A stretch of 27,024 nt of DNA, from IMG/VR virus record IMGVR_UViG_3300020043_009093, positions 1 to 27,024 of that record; one strand, given 5' to 3'. Made by a program: the position numbers and the translations under genes. Shown here piece by piece: positions 15,845 to 25,494 of the stretch. Numbering within the stretch: the first letter of the stretch is position 1; each line of letters starts with the position of its first letter. The notes under the pieces are model-generated. The model saw only the letters and a program-made list of their open reading frames with translations. It did no database searches and was not told the origin of the DNA. This DNA comes from a virus (taxonomy: Duplodnaviria; Caudoviricetes).

Positions 15845-16710
15845 TAGTTTACCTCTCTGTATCCGGCAGATAGGAATGCCGCTTTAAGTTTCTCACCGCT
15901 GATTTCGCCGCCTGGCTTAACTACCCATTTCCAATTTCCAATCCCATTAGTCACCTTGAACTCGTAAGGAGTAATCAGACCAAGCACACGGCAACCACGT
16001 ACGCCCTCTTTAAGACCGCAAATGTCGGCCTTGAATTCTTTGACGAAAGATTCGATGAACTGAATTCCTTGCGAGGTAGCTAAGGCAGATAGGTAGCTAC
16101 GGGTCGTGGTATTAGACCGCGAGTTAACGGAAATAAGAAAGCCGCGCTGGGCATTCTCTTCAGGCCCGTAAGCAGGTCCGCCCGAATCGCCTGAGCATAG
16201 AACAGCCGATCCCTCGCCGCCCGTCGTAATGTCGTTATTCGTACCGTTGGGAACTGAAATGACTTTCGACCGGCCGACGCGAAGCTGCATGTCTAAGCGG
16301 CCGCCCCATTTCGTGCACCCAAAACCCGTTTGAAGAATCCAATCGCCAGTGGAAACGTAGGTGGGATCAATGCTAATCGGGTCGAAAGCGACGTTAGTCA
16401 CTTCTCGATCTGTGTGGCAGAACGAGTAGTCGGCCGTCGAGTTGTTTCGGTAGTACGTCGACTTTCTGCAAGTCGCTGTGTACTTATCCGAACCCACATT
16501 GAAAGATACAGAACTGCCAGTGCAATGCGCCGCAGTTGCCACCGTCCGCGGCCCAATAAGCGTCGCCGTGCAGTTCCCGATCCAGATGATGGCTGGATAG
16601 TCTTTTCTGTCGACGACAGAGCCATTAATGAGCACAGGCACGTCGGTCTTGACTTGATAGTCGTCTGCTAAAGCCAGCGTCGATAAAAAAAGCAAAATCA
16701 GTAGTCTCAT
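15844..16710 (-). CDS. Secreted S1 (trypsin-fold) serine protease
   Basis: Signal peptide MRLLILLFLSTLALA; triad motifs TAAHC, ADY and GDSGGP; 8 Cys. ATG 16710 overlaps the upstream stop. Confidence 0.92.
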   Translation of the reverse strand: MRLLILLFLSTLALADDYQVKTDVPVLINGSVVDRKDYPAIIWIGNCTATLIGPRTVATAAHCTGSSVSFNVGSDKYTATCRKSTYYRNNSTADYSFCHTDREVTNVAFDPISIDPTYVSTGDWILQTGFGCTKWGGRLDMQLRVGRSKVISVPNGTNNDITTGGEGSAVLCSGDSGGPAYGPEENAQRGFLISVNSRSNTTTRSYLSALATSQGIQFIESFVKEFKADICGLKEGVRGCRVLGLITPYEFKVTNGIGNWKWVVKPGGEISGEKLKAAFLSAGYREVN

Positions 16711-17018
16711 TTTGTTCCCCATTTTTGTCTAACCCTGCAAACAAACCTCATGTCGATTAGCTGATTGCGCGTCTTCTCATCTCGGAGATCGAAATATTCA
16801 ATGCTTTCGACTTCCTCTTTGCACTTCCCAAACAGCCCTTTGCGCACGCAAGTCGGATCGCTCCGGTACTCGAACCCAACAACCTTTTTCGAAATCCTAA
16901 GCGTTTTTGAGTCTAGCCTGGTTGGCGATGGCGTCGGCAACGATGCACAACTGGCGTTCGAGAGCATCAACGCGAGCGTCATTAAATACTTCGTCAGGCT
17001 TATTAATTTCAATTTCAT
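16707..17018 (-). CDS. Probable lipoprotein, o-spanin candidate
   Basis: Hydrophobic N-terminus ending in ASC, then a Pro-rich stretch and further Cys; 5' end overlaps the upstream TM/coiled-coil gene. Start uncertain (17027, 17018 or 16982). Confidence 0.5.
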   Translation of the reverse strand: MKLKLISLTKYLMTLALMLSNASCASLPTPSPTRLDSKTLRISKKVVGFEYRSDPTCVRKGLFGKCKEEVESIEYFDLRDEKTRNQLIDMRFVCRVRQKWGTK

Positions 17019-17127
17019 ATTGCTCACGTAGTTCTTTAAGTTCTGAGTTGTATTTATCTTGCAGCTTCTGCGACAAAAAACCTAATAGCACTGTCGCTAG
17101 CCCAATGATCGATTCTACTAACGCCAT
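16897..17127 (-). CDS. Membrane-anchored coiled-coil protein, i-spanin candidate
   Basis: N-terminal hydrophobic helix, helical charged remainder and one Cys; lies in the lysis region. Confidence 0.5.
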   Translation of the reverse strand: MALVESIIGLATVLLGFLSQKLQDKYNSELKELREQYEIEINKPDEVFNDARVDALERQLCIVADAIANQARLKNA

Positions 17128-17130
17128 AGC

Positions 17131-17262
17131 TCACGCCTTCTTCTTAAAGATGCGCTCAAACTGACTCACCACAAACTCTTGGAACTTTCCCCAGAACTTC
17201 ATAACGAGCACCAACACGAGTGCCGCTACTTGAGTTCGTAGGAAGTTCCAAATTGCGTTCAT
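17131..17262 (-). CDS. Small membrane protein (43 aa, MNAIWNFLRTQVAALVLVLVMKFWGKFQEFVVSQFERIFKKKA), holin-like candidate
   Basis: Not in the ORF track. Fills the gap between 17127 and 17266, with one hydrophobic helix and a basic C-terminus. Confidence 0.55.
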   Translation of the reverse strand: MNAIWNFLRTQVAALVLVLVMKFWGKFQEFVVSQFERIFKKKA

Positions 17263-17265
17263 GGT

Positions 17266-17502
17266 TTAAGCGCCCAGTAGCGCGGCCTCGATAACCGACA
17301 AAATAGCGTCGTCAACTTGTCCTGGGATGGCTTCTTTGATCTTGGCAAAGATCACTTTACCGTCGATAGCGATTTTCATGTCGGCAGACACAACACCAGC
17401 AGAGCCACCGAAGTTCACCATAGCAGTGAGTTTTCCGCCTTTGAGCTCTACGTCGTAAGCGCCAACTTCCCCAATTTTTCCTTCAACGATATCCAGTTCC
17501 AT
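17266..17502 (-). CDS. Hypothetical protein
   Basis: G-rich SD (AGGCGGGG); in operon order. Confidence 0.7.
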   Translation of the reverse strand: MELDIVEGKIGEVGAYDVELKGGKLTAMVNFGGSAGVVSADMKIAIDGKVIFAKIKEAIPGQVDDAILSVIEAALLGA

Positions 17503-17514
17503 AGCCCCGCCTTT

Positions 17515-17853
17515 TTAAAATGAATTTGGTTTCGCAAGCCTAGAATATGGTAGCACAAGCTTTTCTTGCCAATACGCGGCATCTTCGGGCTTAGCGTGGC
17601 GTCTATTCGTGGTGGCCATGTCTTTAAGAAGATCGTTGATTCGTGAGACTTCGCGTTTCAAGCCGACAATTTCTTGTTTTACTTCGGCCTGGCCGCTAGC
17701 GATTTCATATTTGAATTCGGTTAGCCCTTCGGAAGTGTTGTCGACTTTATCGACGAGCTTCGACACAAAGAAAATATTACCGCTTAAGAGCAGCCCAATC
17801 ACGATTTTGCGCCCTGCTTCAAAATCTGCTTTGATTGAATTATTCTTTGTCAT
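17515..17853 (-). CDS. Single-TM coiled-coil protein (holin or lysis accessory candidate)
   Basis: Hydrophobic IVIGLLLSGNIFFV segment then a coiled coil; ATGA overlap with the DUF5675 gene. Confidence 0.6.
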   Translation of the reverse strand: MTKNNSIKADFEAGRKIVIGLLLSGNIFFVSKLVDKVDNTSEGLTEFKYEIASGQAEVKQEIVGLKREVSRINDLLKDMATTNRRHAKPEDAAYWQEKLVLPYSRLAKPNSF

Positions 17854-18284
17854 GCGAAAAGTTTAGCGTTAAGTGAACCAATCTCCAAGATGAAAGGCTT
17901 TTTATCGAGGAGAGATTCAAACTGCGCAATGGCATCCTTTGATGCCAACACTGCTTTCTGGCCACGGATTTCGCCAAGTACCAAGCCTAAAGTTATGCAC
18001 CCATCTACTTGAGATCTAAACCCGGCCGACCTATCTCCCACCAAATTTGCAGAATGGAATCTAATGCCATCGCGATCGGGAACATTTTGGACGAGATAGG
18101 TAGACTTGCCGAAACGCAGCGAATAATCCCAGACCACTTTGTAAATACCGAGAGGGATACAGGATTGAAAATTCCTGTTCCCTCTCCAAGGTAGTTCACC
18201 AGTAAAAAACGTTTTATCTCCGACCGTTATGCGGCCGAAAGTACCGTGGTCTGAAGACTCAAGACGCGTCAGGTTTAGGAGCAT
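17850..18284 (-). CDS. DUF5675 family protein, putative endolysin
   Basis: L.R.....GTFG, ELPW..N....SCIP.G.Y, VPDRDGI.FH.AN and GCI.LG signature. Confidence 0.8.
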   Translation of the reverse strand: MLLNLTRLESSDHGTFGRITVGDKTFFTGELPWRGNRNFQSCIPLGIYKVVWDYSLRFGKSTYLVQNVPDRDGIRFHSANLVGDRSAGFRSQVDGCITLGLVLGEIRGQKAVLASKDAIAQFESLLDKKPFILEIGSLNAKLFA

Positions 18285-18510
18285 TGTCAGTACTCAGTTC
18301 TGAGAGCAAAGCTTTTGCGTAATTGGCCATCCCAACTAACTGCTCTGTACGAGCTTGGAGGCGGTTTAGCTCGTAGCTATTCTTTTTGATCTGCTGGTCA
18401 ATGCCTTCTAGGTCTTTGGTCAGCTTAGCTTTGACGTCAAACGTTGGTATTTCTTCTGCCACTACTCCGACTACCTCTTCCAATACTTTTTTCACAGTAT
18501 CCCCATACAC
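18259..18510 (-). CDS. Hypothetical coiled-coil protein
   Basis: Heptad-like helix; overlaps its neighbours in operon order. Confidence 0.6.
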   Translation of the reverse strand: MYGDTVKKVLEEVVGVVAEEIPTFDVKAKLTKDLEGIDQQIKKNSYELNRLQARTEQLVGMANYAKALLSELSTDNAPKPDAS

Positions 18511-18740
18511 ACGAAGTGCTTAATTAGCTCTACGATCAATGCTCCCACAGCGCCCATTGCCGACGATATTGCGTAGATTTTCCACTCGTGCTTTTTAGCT
18601 GACTTTTTCGCTGAAGACAAACTCGCAGCAACGCCAGCAGTCTCCTCGACAAACGGCCCATTTTCAGCTGGTGGGAGCTGGTTTTTATATCTGCGAATAT
18701 TGCCGTTTTTGTGAAACTGAATGTAGACTTTTGGTTCCAT
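18492..18740 (-). CDS. Hypothetical protein with C-terminal TM helix
   Basis: AAGGA SD; hydrophobic IYAISSAMGAVGALIVELI segment. Confidence 0.65.
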   Translation of the reverse strand: MEPKVYIQFHKNGNIRRYKNQLPPAENGPFVEETAGVAASLSSAKKSAKKHEWKIYAISSAMGAVGALIVELIKHFVCMGIL

Positions 18741-18750
18741 GGTTTTTCCT

Positions 18751-19935
18751 TTAGGTGAGCGTCACGCTCTTCCAAGCCGAACCGTTGTAAATCCAAAGCT
18801 TGTTCGTGCTGACTTCAAAGGCAAAGGCACAGAATCCAGTGACTGCTGTTGGAGCTCCCGAAGGAGTTCCCGATATCGTCGGCATGTACGGAAACCCGCC
18901 GTTGTCCGCAGCGCCAATGCTAGCTAGTCCGAGCAACGCGTAACCGTCGTCACCAGAGGCACTGGTTCCGGGTCGTAAATGGACGTAACCGCCTTGGTTG
19001 GCGCCAGTATTGTTTCCAGCGCCATAGACGCCGTTAATCGCGCTGTTAAATCCGTTTGTGTTGGCACCGAGAAAATAGAAAGTGCCGCCCGTTCCGGCTC
19101 CGGTCCCGAATGTCGAATAATGGTCCGGGTAATAAGTGCTAAAGTTACCGTCGAAAGTTTGGAGTGGGACGCCAGTATTGAAGTGAAACCCTATGGCCGC
19201 ATCTGAAATGCTGATTCGGTTGTAATCGGAGTTGCCGCCATAGATAGCAAAGCCGTCTCGGTTGCCGTGAATATCTCCGTTAGACGTCATCGTCGTGACG
19301 TTATCGTAGAGGTCATCTCCGGTTGTTCCGTTCCAGCTTGCCAGGGCTCTAGCAGTCGAGGTGGCCGGCCCATTGACACCACCGCCACCGCTAACAGTTG
19401 CCCACGTGCCGTCGCCTTTAAGGTATTTGCTAGCATCTCCAGCGGCCGGCGCAGGTACCGCTCCTGCTGTTCCGCCCGAGCCGCTGTCACCAACGAAATT
19501 TGCAATGGTTGGTAGCTCCCAAAAAAAGTTTCCTGCGCCATCGTAAACAAGCGTTTGGTTATCAGTGGTGGGAGCGGAATCAGGCAAAATGATATCGTAA
19601 TCAGCGGCAAAATCGGCGGCTTTCACCCTGATAAATCCTGAGCCACCAGTTTCTATGAGTTTTAGCCAGCCACTAAAAGATAAATTGGTACCGTCCCAAT
19701 CACCAAACCCGCCGAAAGAACCGCCGTTGTTGTATTGGATGTCGCCGCTTGAACCGCCCGGAGAGCCACCGCCGCCACCAGAAAATTCATTCCAAGCGCC
19801 TGACTTCCAGTAGTGAAGAGATGCCTCTGAAAGCGCAAATCTAAAATCGCCCTCGACGTTTCCCGCCGTTGGCAGATTTGCTTCAGCAGGAACGACTCCC
19901 TGCCAACTAAAACCTGGCATTTCCCTATGGCCCAT
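18751..19935 (-). CDS. Gly-rich tail fibre / receptor-binding protein
   Basis: Fibre-type segments PGGSSGDIQYN, GAVPAPAAGD..KYLKGDGTW and GPATST; C-terminal NKLWIYNGSAWKSV. Confidence 0.7.
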   Translation of the reverse strand: MGHREMPGFSWQGVVPAEANLPTAGNVEGDFRFALSEASLHYWKSGAWNEFSGGGGGSPGGSSGDIQYNNGGSFGGFGDWDGTNLSFSGWLKLIETGGSGFIRVKAADFAADYDIILPDSAPTTDNQTLVYDGAGNFFWELPTIANFVGDSGSGGTAGAVPAPAAGDASKYLKGDGTWATVSGGGGVNGPATSTARALASWNGTTGDDLYDNVTTMTSNGDIHGNRDGFAIYGGNSDYNRISISDAAIGFHFNTGVPLQTFDGNFSTYYPDHYSTFGTGAGTGGTFYFLGANTNGFNSAINGVYGAGNNTGANQGGYVHLRPGTSASGDDGYALLGLASIGAADNGGFPYMPTISGTPSGAPTAVTGFCAFAFEVSTNKLWIYNGSAWKSVTLT

Positions 19936-19940
19936 TTGCT

Positions 19941-20267
19941 TTACTCTTTCAGGTTAAATTTGACGTTCAGAGTTCCAGTGCCGCTAGTGCGAGCGTATCT
20001 TGCTCGAATTCGGCCGCCTTTAAACCCCTGGTAGTTCAGCGTTTCAGATCCCGTATTTCCGCTGATCGGCCAAGAGGCTAGCGTTTTGTACGTGTCTCCT
20101 GGGTCGATAACTCCTTCGAGATAAAGCGTTCCGACTGGAGACGTGCCCGTCCACTCGGCATCCATGAAGAAGCCACTTAATCCGCGAGCGTCAAAGTCAC
20201 TGCCCGTTACTGAGCCGCCCATTGAACCAGAGGTTATCGACGATACGGATTCAGATCTATTACGCAT
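19941..20267 (-). CDS. Small beta-rich virion-associated protein
   Basis: GGAG SD before ATG 20267; G/S/T-rich and located between fibre genes. Confidence 0.6.
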   Translation of the reverse strand: MRNRSESVSSITSGSMGGSVTGSDFDARGLSGFFMDAEWTGTSPVGTLYLEGVIDPGDTYKTLASWPISGNTGSETLNYQGFKGGRIRARYARTSGTGTLNVKFNLKE

Positions 20268-21936
20268 TGTCACTCCATCCAAGTAGCGGAACTTCGAAAT
20301 CGATCGAGAACGCATCTGAAGTTCCAAAAGTAAAAGGGACGGCCTGCGTGGCTTGTGTAGTGCTGGTTGCGTAGGTGCCGGCAGCGTTTAGTGCCATCAG
20401 TGCAACTGCGCTCGCACTGCTGTAAACGACATCAAGCGGGTAGTTGTTGTTCGAAAAATCAGTAGCTTCGCCAGAACCTAGCTTTGGATAGAAAAGCGCT
20501 AGCAGCGAGAGAAGTTTTGTGGTGTCCATCACATCCCCCGTAGGAAGACTGACAGCTAGGGCCGCGTTTGCTGGCGTTCCAGTTAACACCCCTAAAATTT
20601 CGTATCGTCGCCGAGCGCCCTTCTGCACAGCACGTGCCGCCATGGTGCAGTTGGAAAATGTGCTAGTCACCGTTACCGTGCCCAAGTCCGTATAGACTGG
20701 GCAGGGAATGCCTACGCCGATGTTTCCAGCGGCACTTGAGAAAGCCCAAAGGTCTTCAGCAGTACCGCCAGTGTCGTCAAACGTTCCGCGGATCCAGCCG
20801 ATTTCAGCGCAGCCAGAAGTGCCGGCTAGCGTAGAAGTAACTAGCATGTGAGTTTGAAGCGTGATGCTAGTAGCTGTTGCGTTACTCAGCGCCACTGTGA
20901 TGGAGCGATAGCCGCCTAGGTTACTCAAGCCCCATTTCAAAGTGCCAGCGTCGTTGATGGCATAGACGCGATTAAAAACGTTGAAATCGCCCTTGGTGCC
21001 CATGCCCCAATGCGCACCCGTTGCTTTAATCGTGACGTCTGCTGTGACTTGAAAAACTGCTAACGTGCCGGGCGTGGTGCCAGGAGTGACGACGTAACCG
21101 GGGTTACTTGCAGAAAGAGCGCTACCATCAGAGCTTGTGATTTTTACTGAATCATCCGCGATAGTCGTTGTGGCTTTTGCAATGCCGATATTAATCGTAA
21201 AGCCTTGGCGGCCGGCAACGGAGAGGTTAGCTAGCTTGGCTGGAGTAACCGCTTGGGTATCGATCTTCGCGGCTGTAACGGCCAGGTCGTTAATCTTTGT
21301 CGTGATGACAGCAGAATCTTCGATAAGGGCTGTCTGCACAGTATTGAGTGCGCCAGTAAAACCAAGCGTGCCACGAGCCGCGGCTGCATCGGCATCATCG
21401 AGCAATGTCTCCATGTACGCGGAAACGGGGATTGCGTCGCTGATACCACCGTCGCTAGCGATCGGATCACCTGATGCATCAAACGCTAAAAACTTATTTG
21501 CTCGCTCGTCTTCACTTGGTAGCTCGCCAGAAAAAGCAGATCCATCGCTATCAGAAACGTGGATAGATCGGCCGGCCAGGTCGTACGCTCGTTGCGCAAT
21601 CAACGTCACGCGATCAAAAGCGTTTTCAACATCTGCCGTCGGAAAGCTGCCATTCTCCGCCACCGAGAAGTCTTGAGTCGGTGAAGGATTATTCACCAAA
21701 ACCAAAATTTCTGTTGCGCTTGGAGCTGTGAACATCGTCACAGTTCCGCTTTCACCGCCGCCGCCCGTCACTGTGTAGTGCGTGGAAAGGGTTTTTATCG
21801 TCGATACAAAAGTAATCGTGTTGTAGATAATTACTTTTAAATCCGAGTCCAGATCAAACTGGAATGGGACCGCAAAAGAAGTGGTGACGCCATTCCCTGT
21901 GTATCTCTGTCTCGGTGAAGTAGAAGTTATCGACAT
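20260..21936 (-). CDS. Tail fibre protein with podovirus-type N-terminal anchor
   Basis: YTGNGVTTSFAVPFQF, YTVTG..G..GTV and ENAFDR.T resemble the T7 gp17-like attachment domain; LLDDADAAAARGTLG fibre motif. Confidence 0.8.
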   Translation of the reverse strand: MSITSTSPRQRYTGNGVTTSFAVPFQFDLDSDLKVIIYNTITFVSTIKTLSTHYTVTGGGGESGTVTMFTAPSATEILVLVNNPSPTQDFSVAENGSFPTADVENAFDRVTLIAQRAYDLAGRSIHVSDSDGSAFSGELPSEDERANKFLAFDASGDPIASDGGISDAIPVSAYMETLLDDADAAAARGTLGFTGALNTVQTALIEDSAVITTKINDLAVTAAKIDTQAVTPAKLANLSVAGRQGFTINIGIAKATTTIADDSVKITSSDGSALSASNPGYVVTPGTTPGTLAVFQVTADVTIKATGAHWGMGTKGDFNVFNRVYAINDAGTLKWGLSNLGGYRSITVALSNATATSITLQTHMLVTSTLAGTSGCAEIGWIRGTFDDTGGTAEDLWAFSSAAGNIGVGIPCPVYTDLGTVTVTSTFSNCTMAARAVQKGARRRYEILGVLTGTPANAALAVSLPTGDVMDTTKLLSLLALFYPKLGSGEATDFSNNNYPLDVVYSSASAVALMALNAAGTYATSTTQATQAVPFTFGTSDAFSIDFEVPLLGWSDNA

Positions 21937-21957
21937 TAGAATCCCCTTAAAATCTTC

Positions 21958-24900
21958 CTACATGCTATCAGTGTACTTGCCCGGTTTCTTATTTTTCTTC
22001 ACGCCGTACTGCGCCTTTAAATCGCCGTCTTCTTCTAGCAATTGACGCTTAGCGAGCTCGCGGTACTTGCTGATCCACTTTGAAATGAAAAGCTTTTTTC
22101 CGCCGTCTGGGCCATCAGAGAAACCTTTGTAGCTCTCGCTGTAATCTTCGTCTTTGCCCGTAACAACGTCGTTTAAGAAATCTCGCAATCCACGCTCTGT
22201 CGCTGGATGCTTTAACTCGTTGCCTGCTAATTCCATCCAGCGGGAATATTGGTGGCCGCTCAGTTGAAGCACCACTCCGCCGCGGCCTGCTGAATCGTAA
22301 GGGTCGTTAAAGCTTACCTTACGGTCTGGCATGTCTGGGAAGTACTCTAAACGGTTTAGTTCGTCGTCGATAGGCAACGGCTTTTTGGTCTTGATATAAG
22401 CCGGCGAAATCATGTCGAACTCTTCGCCAAGGCCAGAGCGAAAATCAGTAGGCTCGCCCCACAAATTTCGATAGAGCGGCAGATCATCGCTTAGGCCTGG
22501 GATCTTGCGGCGGAACGTATCAACCACTCCTTCGGCCGTTCTGCGGTAAGGGTCGACTTGCCGGGTAACGGCACCTACGCCTGCCGGAATAAAAGATGCA
22601 ATCGTCGAACTAATGTACGGCAGCGCGTTTCGATCTGGATCGCTAATCGCCTTGATGATGCTCATCACACCGCGCATGTAAGTCTTGGACATGACGTTGT
22701 TAGCGATCGTGAAAGTAATAGCGGCGGCCGCCTTATCAAATTCCGCATCGTCAATTTCGCCTTGCGCGTTCATGATTGCTTCTGCGTAATCTGCTGCAAT
22801 TCCAAAAGTGAAGCCGATTGGGTCAACGCGGCCGAAGCTTATTTTCGTGTCGCCAACGTTAAACGAATACGGCTGGCCACCGCGGCGTTCCCAGTTATCT
22901 TTCTGTCCGCCGACTCCTGTCGGGCCTTTTCCTGTTACCTGCCCTTTGATCGTCGCATCCACGATTGCAGCCAGGATCATAGTCCCAGTTGCCATCCGTG
23001 CCATTGCCACTTCTTTTTTGGCTCCGCCTGCTCGAATATCGTTTCGGAATTGCTTTACGAAAGGCGCTAAAGGAGTGCGCTCGAAAGTGTACGTGAGAAT
23101 GTTAATAGGCGTCGTTTTGAACGGCAGCACAAGCCTGCCAAGCACGGGAACTTTATGAATCGCATCGCCAATTCCCTTTAGCATTTCGGCCGGCTTTTGT
23201 TGGAACGTGTTGTAAGTCGCAGCACTGACGGCTTCCATCTGCACGGTTTTTGGCGGATTTTCGATGATCTGTGCAACTCGTTGCTTGAACAGATCTTTAG
23301 TTATCGTGCCGGCGTTAAGCTCCTGGGTGGCCATTCTGACCGCCTGGGCGTGAAGCTCCATGCGGTACCCGAGAGACTTGAAAACGTTATCTTGCTTGGC
23401 GAGTAGACGGCCTGACGTCTCTACAGCGTGATCAATGACGTTAATCGCCTGTCCGACCACTGATTCGCTTGTGTATCCAAATGCCTCTGCATCTGTTGGC
23501 TGGACCGGAATGTCTTGCTTCTTAAACGCGGGACCCATGTCTTCGGCGTCTTTCCAAACCAAGTCTTTAGCCTTGCTGGCCATTTCTGCGGGGCCGCTTT
23601 TTACCGTCTGAGACAAAGCGTTGTAGCCGTCTTTAAACGTCTCAAGCATGGCGTGAAGCATTGCCGATGATTCGCCAAGCGCTACTTCGGCATCAGGGCC
23701 TAGTTTTTGAGCAATAAACTCAGCACCTTTGCGCTCATAGATTTGTTGCGCGGCCACAACAAAGTTAGAAAGCATGTTCGATACGTGCGTGACCGGATTG
23801 GTTAAAAGCGCGTTGATGTAGTATTTCGCGAACGCGTCTCTCGTGAGCGCCATCGCTCCTCGCTCTGCAAAGTTAGACATGGCTTTCTCAGCTCCGGCCG
23901 CCGATAGGAGCTGGAGTTTCTGAGCCATCTCACGCGCTAATTCTTGGCCACCACTTGCTTCTAGAGCGTCAATGACCGATTGGCCTATTGCTTCGCTTTG
24001 TTCGCCGACTGGAATTTTCCATGCGTTTAGAGCTCGCGCGGTTTCAGTTCGAGCTGCGATCACTTCGGCTTGAATCGCGGAATGAGTGACGAGCATTTTC
24101 CGAAAATTGAATAAGTCAGTGGGATTGCTGGATTTAGCGGCAACGTCTGCAAGCTCGCGAAGTTTCGCGGCAGATGCAGCCCATAGCTGTCTAGCAGCTA
24201 CTGACTGCTCGGCGTTCATAGCCTGGCCTTTGCGGCGCTCCATCAATACTTTCCAAGCGTCTTCTTGCTCGGCAGATAGTTTTGTATCGGCCCAAGTTCT
24301 CTTCCCGCGAGCTGCTTCGTCGATCTGGCCTTTATTCGCATCGGCCATCTTTTGCATCGTAGTCTTGATTTTCTCAGGACTATCGATCGTCGCAAAGTTG
24401 ATGAAAACTTGATCGCCTTCTTTTGCTTTGCCTCTCACGTCCGAAGGGCTCATGCCTTCAGTTGCCTGTTGAGCGGCGTCGATCTTTTCAGCTCCTGGGC
24501 GAGTGATAAAAACTTCTTCAACGTCAGGATCGCCAAGCGAAGCAAACGCCTCAAGCTTTTGCTCTTTCAAAGTTTTAGGCTTGTTGTCGCCCATAAACTT
24601 TCCGACTTTATCGACGTAAACTTCAGTGCCTTTAGCGAGTCGGCCAACAGAAATGAATTTCGCGGCTTTGAAAAAAGCGTCGCCCAAAACGCCCAGGCCG
24701 AGTCCTTCAACTGCGTTTTTTAAACGCCCTTCGAATTCCGTATCGTTCGGATCAGACTTCAACACGTCAGTTACTGGCTTGAAAAAATCCGTGTATTCAC
24801 CGACTAAATCCGAGAAACGCTTGTCGTGGCCATCGAATACCGAGAAATCCGCGATAGCTCCTTGGGCCATCGTCTTAGCAGCAGTGGCAACTGCGCCGCC

Positions 24901-25494
24901 GACCTTAATTGGCTTTAAAATCTTTCCGGCGCCCACAAAGCCAGTGAGAAATTGGCTAATGCCGCGAATAGCGCCGCCGGTCGTAGACGTTGCTGCGCTA
25001 ACTTCGGGCAGCTTAGGCGGTGTGAAATTGGCTAACTCGCCGGCCAGGTCAATAACTTCTTGAGTCGCATCTCGCATGCCGCCAACGATTTGCGTGGGGG
25101 CTTCGCCTACGCCGCGAGCCATATCCAGTCCGATTTTCTCGGCCGTCTTGCCCATTGATTCTTGAGGGGGCGTTTGTTGTGGCTGCTCGGTATCTGCGGT
25201 TGGCGCTTCTGTCGGCGTGCCGCCTTCTCCTGCCATCATCGCTTTAACTTCAGCAAGAGCTGCGTCCCCTGCCCGACTCTGAGCCGTCATTTCCAGGTCT
25301 TGACTAAAATCGTCGTTTTCGTCTGGCATTTCCGCGGGTTGAACCACTCGCGGAGTAACCGTGATTTCTATCGGTCTGGGCGTAGGAGCATCCGGCGCCA
25401 ATTCCGCTACTGGCGCGTCAGGAGCTGGCTCGATTATCTCGGGCTTTTGAGAATCAGGGATGATTTCCGTTTGGGGCTGTGTAATCTCTGCCAT
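21958..25494 (-). CDS. Large internal virion (DNA ejection) protein
   Basis: 1178 aa, helical and Ala/Gly-rich, with a QPYSF...GRVDP segment; lies just upstream of the tail fibre as in podoviruses. Confidence 0.7.
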   Translation of the reverse strand: MAEITQPQTEIIPDSQKPEIIEPAPDAPVAELAPDAPTPRPIEITVTPRVVQPAEMPDENDDFSQDLEMTAQSRAGDAALAEVKAMMAGEGGTPTEAPTADTEQPQQTPPQESMGKTAEKIGLDMARGVGEAPTQIVGGMRDATQEVIDLAGELANFTPPKLPEVSAATSTTGGAIRGISQFLTGFVGAGKILKPIKVGGAVATAAKTMAQGAIADFSVFDGHDKRFSDLVGEYTDFFKPVTDVLKSDPNDTEFEGRLKNAVEGLGLGVLGDAFFKAAKFISVGRLAKGTEVYVDKVGKFMGDNKPKTLKEQKLEAFASLGDPDVEEVFITRPGAEKIDAAQQATEGMSPSDVRGKAKEGDQVFINFATIDSPEKIKTTMQKMADANKGQIDEAARGKRTWADTKLSAEQEDAWKVLMERRKGQAMNAEQSVAARQLWAASAAKLRELADVAAKSSNPTDLFNFRKMLVTHSAIQAEVIAARTETARALNAWKIPVGEQSEAIGQSVIDALEASGGQELAREMAQKLQLLSAAGAEKAMSNFAERGAMALTRDAFAKYYINALLTNPVTHVSNMLSNFVVAAQQIYERKGAEFIAQKLGPDAEVALGESSAMLHAMLETFKDGYNALSQTVKSGPAEMASKAKDLVWKDAEDMGPAFKKQDIPVQPTDAEAFGYTSESVVGQAINVIDHAVETSGRLLAKQDNVFKSLGYRMELHAQAVRMATQELNAGTITKDLFKQRVAQIIENPPKTVQMEAVSAATYNTFQQKPAEMLKGIGDAIHKVPVLGRLVLPFKTTPINILTYTFERTPLAPFVKQFRNDIRAGGAKKEVAMARMATGTMILAAIVDATIKGQVTGKGPTGVGGQKDNWERRGGQPYSFNVGDTKISFGRVDPIGFTFGIAADYAEAIMNAQGEIDDAEFDKAAAAITFTIANNVMSKTYMRGVMSIIKAISDPDRNALPYISSTIASFIPAGVGAVTRQVDPYRRTAEGVVDTFRRKIPGLSDDLPLYRNLWGEPTDFRSGLGEEFDMISPAYIKTKKPLPIDDELNRLEYFPDMPDRKVSFNDPYDSAGRGGVVLQLSGHQYSRWMELAGNELKHPATERGLRDFLNDVVTGKDEDYSESYKGFSDGPDGGKKLFISKWISKYRELAKRQLLEEDGDLKAQYGVKKNKKPGKYTDSM

